Below are positions 1 to 13,295 of a DNA stretch of 64,000 bases, piece by piece; within the stretch, counting starts at the first letter, position 1, and every line of letters starts with the position of its first letter. The notes below the pieces were generated by a model. The model saw only the letters and a list, made by a program, of their open reading frames with translations, was not told the DNA's origin and did no database searches. The DNA is from a virus (taxonomy: Duplodnaviria; Heunggongvirae; Uroviricota; Caudoviricetes): the IMG/VR virus record IMGVR_UViG_3300033463_000003, one strand, 5' to 3'. Made by a program: the position numbers and the translations under genes.

Positions 1-2
1 TT

Positions 3-530
3 CCACTTTATGCACTATATAAAGGTGCTGGACTACTAGATTCAATTGCTGGTGGTATTAACTTACCAGATATTAAAGTTATGGGTTCAGGCGTCAACTT
101 ACAAACAACTGTTGCTGACTTAATGAGGGTTACTGCTTTATCTGGTAGTATCTTATCTGGTATTGGCCAAATGATTGCTAATGCAGGTGCTGGAGGCGGC
201 TTTAATCCTGTTGGCATGCTAAAAGCTATGGGTATTACTACTGTATCACGTGGCGGACGCACAACTGTTAGAGGCGCAAGTACATCTGAATCAGGTACTG
301 TTGGTAATGCTTCTGGTGATGATGCATATAACCAAACAATGGCTGGCGCTGAAGATACTCAAAAGAGCAAGATGGCTGAAGCAAAAGAAGATGAAGAACA
401 AGATGTTGCAAATAAAGTAATTAATTCTAATGTTATCTTAATTCTTGAAGAGCTTAGAAAGATTACCGGACAAACTGTAACACTTAGAGTTTCAACTGGT
501 ACAGATAGAAGAAACGGCTTTATTGATTAA
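3..530 (+). CDS. C-terminal part of a tail protein, probably tape measure (5' truncated)
   Basis: Frame open from position 3; Gly/Ala-rich; lies directly upstream of the baseplate cluster. Confidence 0.5.
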   Translation, partial: PLYALYKGAGLLDSIAGGINLPDIKVMGSGVNLQTTVADLMRVTALSGSILSGIGQMIANAGAGGGFNPVGMLKAMGITTVSRGGRTTVRGASTSESGTVGNASGDDAYNQTMAGAEDTQKSKMAEAKEDEEQDVANKVINSNVILILEELRKITGQTVTLRVSTGTDRRNGFID

Positions 531-543
531 GGAGGATATAGTA

Positions 544-2058
544 ATGATACAATTTAACTCAGACCATATTATTGTTGGACAAATAAAGCAATTACTACAT
601 TCTTTTAACTTACCAACCTATCGTGTTTATACAAAAGAACAAAGGCAATATTATGAAAAAACTGGCCAAGAATTAAATGTAATTTCTTCTGTCCCAATTA
701 TAACAGGTTCTACAAATATTCCTGATCATGTAAGATATATTGATTATATTAAAGATAATAAAATTCAACGTTATTATGCTGAAACAACAATCGTAAATGG
801 CACTGCAGTAGTTAAAGCACCAAGCTGGCATGAAACAGGTAAAACATATTATTATAATAAAAAAGAATTAAATAGAACTAAAAATTTAAAAATTACTAAT
901 AATATTTATGATACTTATACTCATGAATATTTAGGAAATTACTTAAGATTTCAACGTGATTATAATGGTATCAATTTAATGCCATTCTACAACTGCTTTA
1001 GTAATAATATTGTTTCATCATCTTTAAAATATGAAATACAAACAAGTGGCATTGCTGCTGATGAAGCTGGATATAGCACAAAAATAATTAGTACATTTGA
1101 TACAAGTAATGATAAGTATAAAATTTATATGGTACCTGTAAAGGCATTCCAAACATATACTATCGCTGTTGATAGTGCTGATGGACTTGAGCTTTGTTGT
1201 GGTATCTATGATAAATACAGTGATACTCGTGAAAAATTAGCACATATTCCATCACTTACATACCTTAATGTAAAATCTGCTTCATTTAATCACCCATTTT
1301 TATATGACAAATTATTAGACATTACAAATAGTATGTCTGAGGAAAGTAATGCGGAGTTAGCCACTATTGAAAAAAATCTAAAGCTTTTTATCAAATTACC
1401 TGCTGAAAATAAGTCAACAATTGTAATTTTGGAAGGAAATTATTGTAGTTGAAATGATAAATCTGTGTATGAAGAAATTTCAAGTAGTGGCCAAACAAAA
1501 ATGCAATATACTAATTTTGCTCAAACAAATATTTATAATAATCATATTGTAAATAACTATGAAAAAAATACTAGCTCAATATTTGATACCTATCCAGATT
1601 TTAATGAAAGAAATATGCAATTTATTACTGCACTACAATTACTGTTATTAAACACTGGCCAACAATATCCATTTTCTGATAAGCTAATTGAATTTTTAAC
1701 TGATAATGTAATTAATCCATTAGATACTATTTCTGATAATATTAAACGTGCTCAAACAGTTATAAAAGAAAATAATAATGAAATAGATGTTGATGGTATT
1801 TGGTCTGGAGAAATGCAAGCAATTTTATATGACTTTGTAAATTCAAAAACAAGCTTAAATAATATTACTTCTAGTGATAGAGTAGATTGTATAGGCTATG
1901 GCGACAAAGTTGTTGAAAAAGCTTATAAGAGTACCAAAATTACTACCACACGAGTTGGTGATAAAACAAAAAGAACCAGGGAAGTTATTAATACTCTTAA
2001 TGATATTAATCTTTATGAAAGTACATATAAAAATAATTATAAAGGAGGAAGTAAATAA
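544..2058 (+). CDS. Virion/tail-associated protein, 504 aa (code 4)
   Basis: SD AAGGAGGA then ATG 544; track ORFs 523-1452 and 1465-2058 share a frame and join through TGA 1450. Confidence 0.7.
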
Positions 2059-2060
2059 CT

Positions 2061-2696
2061 ATGCCAACAAATATAATTGATGAGCCATATCCAACCGATA
2101 CTTACCCTTTTCCTGATAACTATATTTATATTTCACACTTAGATGAAGGATTAAAATTCTGGCGTATTCCATGCTGGCCAGATGCAATTTCTGATACTAT
2201 GCAATCTAACTTTGCAACAACAACTGCTTTAGGTCGTTCTGCGCCTGTTTACACATTTAGTAATGCCGGCCCAAGAACTGTCCAAATAACTATTGCTTTG
2301 CATAGGGATATTATGGACGATGTTAATACTGGTGTTAGTAATTCTGAACTTGCTATGGGTGAAGATTATATTGATAATTTAGTAAATGCTTTAAGAGCTA
2401 TTGCTGTTCCAAGATACAATCTTTCAAATAAAGCTGTTGAACCACCCCTTGTTGCACTTAGACTTGGGCGTGAAGTTTTTATTAAAGGTGTTGTTACAAG
2501 TGGCATAGGTATTGATTTTACTAAACCAATTCTAAAAAATGATAGATATGCACAAGTTAATTTATCATTAGCAATTTCTGAAGTTGACCCATATGACGCA
2601 ACATCTGTTTATCAAAATGGTGGATTTAGAGGTGTCGTTCAAACATTTAAAGGAAGTCACCCAACTCAAAATGGTATTGATGGTATGGGCTTATAG
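2061..2696 (+). CDS. Tail tube initiator / baseplate protein
   Basis: Motif LGRSAPVYTFSNAGPRTVQI and position between tape measure and LysM-like gene. Confidence 0.6.
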   Translation: MPTNIIDEPYPTDTYPFPDNYIYISHLDEGLKFWRIPCWPDAISDTMQSNFATTTALGRSAPVYTFSNAGPRTVQITIALHRDIMDDVNTGVSNSELAMGEDYIDNLVNALRAIAVPRYNLSNKAVEPPLVALRLGREVFIKGVVTSGIGIDFTKPILKNDRYAQVNLSLAISEVDPYDATSVYQNGGFRGVVQTFKGSHPTQNGIDGMGL

Positions 2697-2708
2697 GAGG
2701 TATAATTT

Positions 2709-3038
2709 ATGGATACACTAAAAGATAAAAAATATAATAGCTTTGATTATACTTGTCGCTATACAGACGTCCCATATTATTATAATATAAAAGATAAAAA
2801 ATATATTTATGGAATTGGCAGTAACTTAAATAAACAAACTGCTTATATTGCCCATAAAGTAAAAGAAACTGATACTCTTGATTATCTTGCTTTAAAATAC
2901 TATAATAACCCAACTTTCTGGTGGATTATTGCTTATTTTAATGATATTCAAGATGCATTTATTAAATTAAGTGATAAATATAGTGTACTTAATATTCCTA
3001 GTATATCTAGTATTCAATTTGGAGCTGAAAGAGAATAA
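2709..3038 (+). CDS. Baseplate LysM-like protein (P2 gpX / T4 gp53-like)
   Basis: HKVKETDTLDYLALKYYNNPTFWWIIAYFN motif. Confidence 0.75.
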   Translation: MDTLKDKKYNSFDYTCRYTDVPYYYNIKDKKYIYGIGSNLNKQTAYIAHKVKETDTLDYLALKYYNNPTFWWIIAYFNDIQDAFIKLSDKYSVLNIPSISSIQFGAERE

Positions 3039-4360
3039 TGGCAACATTAAAATTTTCTGAACAACGTAGATCATTACTATCAAGCCAGGCAAGAGTACAA
3101 GCACCATGAGTTAAAGTAACTATTGGTACTTTTACTTTTGGTGTTTTTTCAAAGGCAGAAGCTAATAGTAAAAATTCGCAGGGATTTTATACAGCCGGTG
3201 CTTACAGCATTCAGTATCCAAATTATATTCAATCATTAACTATTACAAAAATTAATGGCCAAGTAAACCAATATACATTAAATATTACTTACCCTGTAAA
3301 ACAAACAGATGACCCTAACTTTTTTGAAAAGGTATTTAGCAGTGTAAGCAAAACCCGTGAAATTATATTTAGCTATGGTGATGCAACAATGCCATCATAT
3401 ATCTATAAAGATGAAAAAGCTATTATTACAAGTATTCAACAATCTTTTAATCTACAAAGCTCAAGTATTTCATATGTAGTTAATGCTGTTTCTGGTGCCG
3501 CTCTTGGGACATCAAGTTGCTTTACTTTTATGGCAACAACTAAAAAACCAAGTGATGAAATTAAAAGAATTATAATGGCAAAACAATATGGTTTAAGAGA
3601 CCTTTTTACTGGCATTACAGACAATAATATTAATACATTAATTGCAGGTGATGACCAAGTTGTTTCATTAGCATCTAAAACAAATATTTCAGCTTTAGAT
3701 TATATTAATTATTTAGTTAGTTGCATGATTCCTATCGGCTCAAGTAAAGATAACAGAAGCAAAGATATTTATGTTTTAACTTTACATGATGACACTTCTT
3801 ATGATAGAATTTATGCTGATCGTGAAACTATTGAAGGTCGTGAAATTGTTGGACCATACTGCAAAGTAACTAAAATGTCATATACAACAAAACAAAGTGA
3901 TGCATTTGAGCTTGATATTGGTTATAATACTTCAACTATTGTTACAAATTTCCAAATAAGCCAAAATGAAAACTATGCTTTATACTATGACTACAATAAA
4001 AAATTACTACCAGAAGAATATGTTAGAAGAATTAATGATAATGGTAAATGGGAAGATGTTTTTGCTCCAACAAGTACATCAAGAAATAGCACACATGCAA
4101 CTTGGCCAGATGATATTACTTGATGGACAAAAATTACAAAATATCCAATTAGTGCAACAGTAACAATTCAAGGCTTACTCAGACCAGCCACACTTATGAC
4201 TTATCTTAGACTAAATGTTATTTTTCCTGGTGGCCATAGACATATTAGTTCTGGCTTATACCTAATTACAAAACAAGTTGATACTATTGATGGTAATGGC
4301 TATAGAACACAATTATCACTAACAAAACTTTCAGGTGATGAATCAGACTTAGGAGTATAA
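3038..4360 (+). CDS. Baseplate hub protein (gpD/gp27-like), 440 aa (code 4)
   Basis: ATG overlaps previous stop; read-through of TGA 3107 and 4121; C-terminal GLYLITKQVDTIDGNGYRTQLSL hub-type motif. Confidence 0.7.
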
Positions 4361-4364
4361 TTTA

Positions 4365-5207
4365 ATGCTAACAAAAGGTGAAATTCAAAGTATAGATTTT
4401 ACAGGCAATTCTTGTAGAATAAGAATACCTCTTTTTGAAGTAGCTGGTATTGAAGATAAGGTATATGCTACCGCTTATTTTGCTGTTGAGCCTGGAAAAT
4501 ATAATAGCTATAAACCTGGTGATGTTGTCATTATTGGTTTTGAATCAGACCTCATTGATAAGCCAATTATCTTAGGAAAGCTTTATACAAGTATTAATGA
4601 AGACCAGCTTGATGATAATGGCTACCGTGGAAGTATTGATTGTACTAGCTTAAAAGTTAAAGAAAATGCTTCAATTCCAATTAGTACAAAAATAATTAAA
4701 AATGCATTAAGTGTTAAAGATGATGCTGCAACTACAACTATTAATGATATTATTAATACTATAAATACCAATAAAACGGATATTGAAAACATTAAGAAAA
4801 ATCTTGATATAACTAATGATAATTTAAATTATAATGAACAATTACTTTGGGAAAATCCTGCACCAAATAGTGCTTTTGCTGCACAAGATATTGCACTAAA
4901 TATGGATTATACTAAATTTAAATATATAGTTATTTTTTATAGATTTTACTTTGGCAATTGTGTTGAGCAAAGCCTGAAAATTATTCCACCAAATATTGTA
5001 GATAATATTATGGACAGTCATAATCAAACATTTATAACTGGTGGAAACTATGCAAATGACTGAGCCAGCCGCCAAATTGACTTTATTGACAGAACACATC
5101 TTAAAGTATATACTGGTAAAAGAGTGGATGCAAATAACCCAACTAGTGGTACAAATAGAACTGAATTCTGTATTCCAACTAAAATATATGGTGTAAATAA
5201 CCTATAA
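4365..5207 (+). CDS. Baseplate spike (gpV/gp5 OB-fold-like) with C-terminal extension, 280 aa (code 4)
   Basis: CRIRIP...GDVVIIGF...PIILG pattern; TGA 5061 read through to TAA 5205. Confidence 0.65.
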
Positions 5208-5246
5208 ATTTAATAAATTTTTAATAGATAAAAAGTATATAAAAAT

Positions 5247-5257
5247 TGCTAAATTAT
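5247..5257 (+). promoter_or_regulatory. Putative late promoter TGCTAAATTAT
   Basis: Intergenic motif recurring upstream of structural genes. Confidence 0.7.
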
Positions 5258-5273
5258 ACTGAGGAGCCAATGT

Positions 5274-5663
5274 ATGACATCAATAAAATTCCCAAATATG
5301 TTTAATACAAATAGCACAAATGTATGAAAAAGTAGTGAACATAATGAAGCCACTACTCAGAATACAATTATTTTATTACACTGTGAGCGTGGTGAACTTT
5401 TTGATGACCCATACTTCGGGTTAATGTTAAGGCACTATATGTTTGACCAAAATAACTATGTGCTTCGTGATGCAATTGCTGATATGGTTTATACTCAACT
5501 TGCATTATTTATTCCTCAAGTACATGTTAAACGTGAAGATATTAGAATTATTCAAAATAAACAAAAAGGAAAATTATATTGTGTATTTAAAGGTATAAAT
5601 CAAATTGACTATAAAACTAATACATTTAATTTGACTTTATTTGAAAATACAGAAGCATTATAA
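5274..5663 (+). CDS. Baseplate wedge / sheath initiator (gp25-like), 129 aa (code 4)
   Basis: SD GAGGAG; TGA 5325 read through; ERGELFDDPYFGLML gp25-type motif. Confidence 0.8.
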
Positions 5664-5678
5664 TAAGGAGACAGAAAA

Positions 5679-8600
5679 ATGATTACAGAAAAAGATTTAG
5701 AAGCTCTTGAGCTATCTCCAACTAAAAAAGATTTTTATCAAATTTGAAATGAGCTTTTAGAAACCGCTAAAAAAATATCTGCCAGATGGGATCCAACAAG
5801 TACAAATGAATCAGACCCTGGTATTGTTTTACTTAAAGTTTTAACTGGTATCGCTGATAAATTAAATTATAATATTGATAAAAATATTCTTGAAGCTTTT
5901 ATGCCAAGTGCAACTCAACAAGATTCAATGCGTAAGCTTTGTGAACTTGCTGGTTATAATATTAAATATTATCAATCAGCTGAAATAAAAGTTAGAGTTG
6001 GTTGGGCAGGTTATACAAATAATGGTACTTTTACTATTGAAAAAAATGAATCTGCAGGTATTAAAAGTATTTTTATTCCTCAATTTTCTGTAATCAAAAA
6101 TAATGATGAAGATATTGTCTACACTACTACTGAAGGTGGCACTATTCAATCTAATATACCTGTTATCGAAATTAACTGTATTGAAGGTCAAGTTATTCAA
6201 TGCTCACCTGATACTGATTATGTTATTTCATTAGATAACTTAGATGATAATTTTAGATATTACTTACCAGAAGCTCAAATTGCTGAAAATGGTTTCTTTG
6301 TTTATAATATTAATAATGGAGCATACCAAAAAAATGAGTGGTCAAAAGTTGATAACTTAAATACACAACCAACAAAAGCAAAAGTATATAAATTTGGCTT
6401 TGATTCACATTTAGGACTTCCATATTTACAATTCCCAGAAGATGTTGGAAATATTATTGAAGATGGTTTATATATTTATTATACAAGAACTTTAGGTGTT
6501 AATGGTAATATTGCAGCAAGAACCCTTAGTAAAATTGAACTTGCTGATGGTGCAGATGAATATAATACTGATGCAAATAATTACACAGATTCAACTAATG
6601 ATGTTTCTGCATATTACGAACTATTAAGCATTTCAAATGAAAATGCTGCTATGAATGGTGCCAATATTGAAACCATTACACAAGCATACAATAACTTTAA
6701 GAAAACTGTTGGTACATTTGACACATTAGTTACTTGCCGTGATTATATGAACAAAATTTATCAATTATATGATGATTTAAATGTTCCACTAGTTTCTAAT
6801 GTTATTGTTAGTGATATTCGTGATGACCTTAATAGAGCATTTACACTTTGTACTTTTGACCAATATGGAATTAAATACACTGATACAAAGATGATTGATT
6901 CTACTACTAATAAAGAAAGAATTACAAACTTTGATATTATTTTATACCCATTTAAAACAATATATGGTTTAAATAATGAACAAGAGTTTATTGATTCATT
7001 TAAATTTTCTGCTGCTAACTCTATACTAATTGAAAGTGAATTAGACAGCTTAAAAACTATTTCACATAATATTATTATACCAAATGGAACAAGCACGGAT
7101 ATTTTATGTATTAAAAATTACTTTAAAATTAATGCAAAAATCACAACTACAACAAAAGTTAATGCCATTGAAGAAGCATATATTTTAGATAATATCTATA
7201 AAAATATTTATAAAACATTTAATGCTAGACAACTTGACTTTGGTGAAACTATCCCATTTGACTCTATCTTAGAATGTATTGAAACAGCTGATACAAGAAT
7301 TAAAAACGTTTCTATGGAAGAGCCTATAATTATTACAAAAGTTGCACTTATTGATGGTACTGAAATTGATATATCTGATATTACAAGTCAAGATAGTGGT
7401 AGCAGTGGTGCTGGTATTTATGCTGGCTTAGTTACTAAAAATATTTTAGCTGGAAGAGCACCATTATTTGATTATGATGAAACATTTAAACCAGAGCTTA
7501 GTGAATCAACTTATACAGGATTAGGTCAATATAATAAAATTACAAAAATTGAACCAATATGTGATTATAATCCACAAGCTGGCTCTTTAACTGCTAATGG
7601 TATACTAAAGAAAAATGAAATTATACAATTTAGAGCACCTAGCTTAAAAACAACATTAACATATCCAGCATATGTTAACTATTTTGCAAAACTTAATACG
7701 GGTACTGCTGAAGATGCCCACCCAGCAACTATGAAAACAGTACTTAATTTTATGGATGAAACAGTTAGCGGTACTAATAACTGGGATGATTTATTAACGC
7801 ATACATCAGATGATGTTTATACAAATTTAATTGCTAAAAAGGTTCCTATTACATTTACAACTAGTGATGCTTTTACAGCTAACTTAGCAAATTATGGCTG
7901 TATTTTTAAACTTAATGATAGCAATGTATTAGTTAAAGCAACAGTAGCAGATTGGCATGATGCATCTAGTCAATTCTATGTATTTCCAATTACATCTGAT
8001 ACATTTGTTGGCTGGACAATTTACATTAAAACTACAGGCATTATGGAAAGCGGTGCCTTAAAAGCACGTACTGGTTTATATACAAGCTTAGGAGTTAACT
8101 TAAATAATCCGGCTGGAAAATTAGTTGATAGTGGACATAAAAAATATAGAATATGTAATATCCCAGATTCATTTACACAAGAAAGCTCACTTAAATACTA
8201 TTTTGTACAAGATATGAGTGGCCCAAACCCAAGTGCAAATGATTATGGTATTGGTATAGATGCTACAGTTAGGGGCATACCAAAAAACTGTGAATATACA
8301 CTTGGTGAAGGTGAATATATCTTAATAAACTATACAAAAGCAGGTAGTAGCCAAGAAGATGGCTCTACAAGTGCTGATACAATTATTAATGAGGTACTTA
8401 GTAGTAGTGATGGTACTATTATTAAAACAAACTTTGATCTATATGACTCAAGTGTCTATAATAGTAGTTTATCACATAGTTTTTCAAAAACTACAGGCTT
8501 TGGTCCTTGGAATGGTTATTCAACACCAGCTGGAATGTTTACACTCGGTCCAAATGAACAAATTGAAGTTAGAAAACCGGTTGCTATTACATTAGATTCT

Positions 8601-10340
8601 GGTAATAATAGCAGTAAAAATATTAATATTTATTGGTTATTAAATAATAAAACTCAAAATGAAAGCTTCCCAATTTCTAATGATGGTTATACACTGCAAG
8701 AAAATGAATACTTCTTCTATACTGATGAAAATAAACTTGAAATGTCATATTTTGGAAGTGGAACAAAAATAAAAATACAAGGCTTAATTCCTACTAAAAA
8801 CATAAATACAAGTGATGTTTCAGCAGATGATATTATTGAAAAGGGAATTCTAGCAATACCTTGGGTACAAGTTTCTGTTAATAATACTGGAACGAGAAAA
8901 ATTGATATTATAGAATACCAATATATTACATTAGCTGAAGGTGATGCACTTAGCTCAATTAGCTTAATAGATAATAATACAGATGACCCTATAACAACTA
9001 TTGGAGATCACTGATATGGATGTTCAGCTGCTACATATATTATTGATGGTGAATCAGGTGAATTACCAGCATTTAATAGTGATAGTTTAAGTTGGGAAGT
9101 ACATAGTAAATTATTATTAAACGTTGGACCTGCTTTGACTCAAACATTAGCTGACTCAAGAGATTCTATTAAAATTAGATACACTCCAGATGGACAAACC
9201 ACACCTACTACTAAAACTATTGCATATGAAGCTGGTGATGATGCAATTTCATTCAAAACTAACTATCTTTGCCAAAGTGGTAATGATATAATTTTAATTA
9301 ATAATGATATAGATGATTTCAAACTTAAAGCATTTAAATCAAATACTTTAGAAACAACTTATATTAAAGCTGATACAGAAGAGTCTGTTACTGAAGCATT
9401 AACTACAAATAATTTTGGTAATTATTGGACAAAACTTTCATTTGAAAAATGTGCCATAAATAATGATTCAACTACACAATTATATTGTAATATTAATAGT
9501 AGTGATCAATTTGGCATGCTTATGATTTACCTTGTTAAAAAAGAAATTGACTATGCTAATGATGACTGGCCATATTTAACAATTGATAATGGTAGTTTAG
9601 CTATTTATAACTATCCAAATAGCTCTTCTGAAACATGGTGGACAAATGCTGCAGCCATTTATTCTGCAAGTATTACAGAGGATAGCCCACTTGATTGAGC
9701 AAATAAAACATATTATACACGCAGTGAATCTGCAAATAATATGCCAACTGCTAGTAGTTATGTTGATATTTATGGTTATAAATATACAGAGGCAGCTGAA
9801 GTTGACTATGATTCTAGTACTGTCTATTATGAATTAAGTACAGTTACAACCACTCCTTATTATTTAAGAGCTGGAATTAACTGTATAAAAATACCAGCTA
9901 CTTGTACATCTATAACAATTCATAAAAATATTGGCAATAATACTAACCATAATGTTATTATTTTTGGACAACTTGACGTCATCAATAAAACACAAAATAC
10001 ATCTGGTGTTAACGCTGCTTTACTAGGACTTAGTACAACAGACATTACTAAATTACTTACAAATCTTGTAAATTATGATAAGTATAATGATAATCCAGAT
10101 GGTACTGGCGCTGATTATAGAACTAGTGTTGGACACAGCTTCTATTATAACTGTCCAATTGAAAATGGTAGTGCTATTGATTTAAATACAACTAAAAAAG
10201 ATGGCAAATATATTAATACCCTTAGAGATGCTAATATTTGGTATGACTATAATAATATTAATAATAAATTTGTTATCAGTGAAATTGATGCTCCATACCT
10301 TAAAGATGGTATACAACTAACAAGAACATCAAAATTATAA
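5679..10340 (+). CDS. Large baseplate wedge protein (gp6/gpJ-like N-terminus), 1553 aa (code 4)
   Basis: SD AAGGAG; KDFYQI[W]NEL..WDPTSTNESDPGIVLL; joins track ORFs 5901, 9135 and 9741 via TGA 5745, 9012, 9696. Confidence 0.8.
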
Positions 10341-10358
10341 TTAAGAGGATAAAGCTAT

Positions 10359-11156
10359 ATGATTAAAATACAAGATTTGGTACCAGATATTTATTATAAT
10401 CATTCAAGAGACTTCCAATTTATTGGAAGGCTTTATGATGTAGTTTTAAACTCAATTAAAACCAATAGTGATTTAGTTTATAATGTACCATTAAGTGATA
10501 ATAGTGATTCACGATTAGTTGACTTAATGGCGCTCACTCTTGGCTTTAAATCAAAGCATAGATATAATATTAAGCAACTAACAGCTATGTGTAGTATCTT
10601 TATGTCAATTTTACGTCAAAAAGGTACATTAAATGCTATTGATACTGCTTGTAAAGCATTATTAACAGCTGAAGGCATTACTGAAGATGCTTTTATTGAA
10701 AAAGAAACTGGTGAAAATGGCGAGACAATTGTAACTATCTTTGTCCCACAAGAATTAACAGATTTAAACTTATTAAAAGATTTATTAACATATATTTTAC
10801 CAGCTGGCTGTAGTTGCAATATTATTCGTGAATTACGTGGTAAATTTGAAACAAAAACTGACTTTGCATTTAGTCAAAATGTTTTAGTTTATAGAAGAAA
10901 GAATGATACAACAAGTAATTGGACTACTGAGGAAAGTGGCGAATATACAAACCAAATAAAAGATACATATATATCTATTGTACCACAACCTTATAATAAT
11001 GATGACGCTGACCCAGCGCTAAAAAACCCAGGTGCTATTACAAATCAACGTCCAAAAGCAACACCAGGTATCTTTATTAATAGTACTATTATTCAGCCAG
11101 TAGATACAACAGATAATAGCCAAAATAATGATACTAATCAAGAAGAAAATGACTAA
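10359..11156 (+). CDS. Baseplate wedge / tail protein I-like
   Basis: Follows gpJ-like gene; LRQKGTLNAI and YILPAG motifs. Confidence 0.65.
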   Translation: MIKIQDLVPDIYYNHSRDFQFIGRLYDVVLNSIKTNSDLVYNVPLSDNSDSRLVDLMALTLGFKSKHRYNIKQLTAMCSIFMSILRQKGTLNAIDTACKALLTAEGITEDAFIEKETGENGETIVTIFVPQELTDLNLLKDLLTYILPAGCSCNIIRELRGKFETKTDFAFSQNVLVYRRKNDTTSNWTTEESGEYTNQIKDTYISIVPQPYNNDDADPALKNPGAITNQRPKATPGIFINSTIIQPVDTTDNSQNNDTNQEEND

Positions 11157-11175
11157 TTAATGGAGGCATATTTAT

Positions 11176-11832
11176 ATGAGCAACAATAATACAGGAAAAT
11201 TAGAAAACTCAACTGCTACTGTCCCAGAAAAAAGTAGCCAAAATTTATCATATACAGGAACAGTTAAAGTTTCTATTAAAGATAGTAATAATAAAACAAT
11301 TTCTACTAGGAAACATCACAACGAAGGCAGCATTGATTTATTTAAATTTTTTGCTCACTGTGTTGCTGCTGAATGAAATGCCGCTCAAGAATTACGCCCA
11401 AATAAAATATGCCTTATTTCAGCAGTTGGTGCAACTTTGGATGATATTAAAGAAACATTTAAAACAGGCTCACAAGTTGGTACTACCCCAATAAGTGTTA
11501 TGAGTGCATTAGTTGCAACATATGATAAAGCTACATTAGAAGTTGCTTCAGATGGTAATGAAAAATTAGAAAGCTATAAAGCAACATTACATTTTAGATT
11601 ACCATACTCATATATTCAACCAGGATGAATTTATGGTATTGTATTATTTTCAGCAAACACTTCAAGTGTAGATACTGATAAGGTCCTATCTGCATGGGAA
11701 GCATATTATCTATTTACTAAAGAAGAAGATAATACTATTGCTTGGGACCCGCTACCAATTTCTGCCCAACAAAGCTATAACTTAATTATTGACTGGGAAT
11801 TATCTGTCGGAAACCCTACAGCTGGAAACTAA
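11176..11832 (+). CDS. Tail fibre attachment/collar-type protein, 218 aa (code 4)
   Basis: Joins ORFs 11176 and 11437 via TGA 11374 and 11626; ends LIIDWELSV; precedes fibre genes. Confidence 0.55.
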
Positions 11833-11855
11833 GCACTTATTAGGAGGAAATAATT

Positions 11856-13286
11856 ATGGCAAACTCTAAATTTGAAAGAGCTAATATTATAAATAATTAT
11901 TATGCTATTCAAAGCTCTTATATTAAAATCTATCCAAGTGCTTATAGATCTAATGATTATGATGCCGGTGCTAGATTAAACTTAGAAGAAAACTTTGTAG
12001 CACAATCTAGACAAGGCAATAAAAATTATATTCAAAGCTGGGAAGATGGCCTTTTAATATGCTTTATTGGTGGTTATCTATTTAAGATTAGTGTTACAAC
12101 AGGTGAAATTGACTCAGATACAAGATGGTTAAATATTAGAACTAAAAACTTTCAATTAGTTGGCAGTGGCTCAGTGTCTGGCCAAGTTAATACAACTGTT
12201 CTTCGCAACTGGTATAACAATCCAGGCACATTAACTGACTATTATCTTGATGCAAAATTAGGCGATGGTGAAACAGCCCCATACTACTTTGTTGGTGCAT
12301 GTTTTTCTAGTGCTCCAGCTGTTGTTGAAAATGATAATACAATTATTTCATTAGATTTAAAGGCGCCATCAAGTAGAATGCCATATGATGCTGAAGAAGT
12401 TGCTAGTATATTAAGGAAAGATGCTGACACACGTTCTATCGCTACAAACTTAGTTAATGGTATTGCTGCAAGTAATAATTCTGATAAGAATTATTTTAAT
12501 GATACTTCTATTACAAATATATATTATAATAACAATGATAATAAAAATGCTGCAGCTGCTAATACACTTAATAAAACAAGATATTCATTCCTTTTTGGTA
12601 AAACAGTTTCTATTGAAGGAATAAATAGTAGTACAGCTGACTATGATTTTGTTTTAGGAAGAGAAAACCATATTACTAATGCTGGCAAATATGACACCCT
12701 CTTAGGGCAATATTTAAACTCACAATATAATAATCAATTTATTATTGGTAAATATAATAATAATACATCAGGTAATGTTTTTGAAATTGGCTGAGGAAGT
12801 GGCACTAGTGGTGCAGCAGATGAACGAAAAAATATCTTTGAAGTTAATAATAGTGGTAATGTATCTGCTAAAGGTACACTAGCTATTGGTGCAGATGTAA
12901 ATGAAAGCACATTATTAACGAATGTAGTATTAACTGTAAATAAAGGCTCTATTGATGTTTTTGGTGGTGGTGCTTTTGGTGGTGCTGGAACTTTTGGAGG
13001 TACCCTCGGTGTCACAGGGGCAACAACACTTGGCTCAACACTTGAAGTTACTAGTGTTACTACCCTTCATAATAATCTACTTATAACTAATGGTGATTTA
13101 GCGGTTCAAGATGGTAATGTTGGAATTATGGGAACATTAGCAGTTTCTAGTACTTCTAATTTACAAGGTGAAGTTTCTATTGACCATACAACTTTAAATT
13201 TACATAAAAATACTACTACTAATAACTATGATATAATTTTTAACTATAATATAAACGATAAATGCTTAGAAATTAAAGTAATATAA
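11856..13286 (+). CDS. Tail fibre proximal protein A, 476 aa (code 4)
   Basis: TGA 12792 read through (FEIG[W]GSG..ERKNIFEV); N-terminus paralogous to 17585 gene (IxxYPSAYR..RLNLEENF vs ISVFPCAYR..KLNTERNL). Confidence 0.75.
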
Positions 13287-13295
13287 GGTGCGATA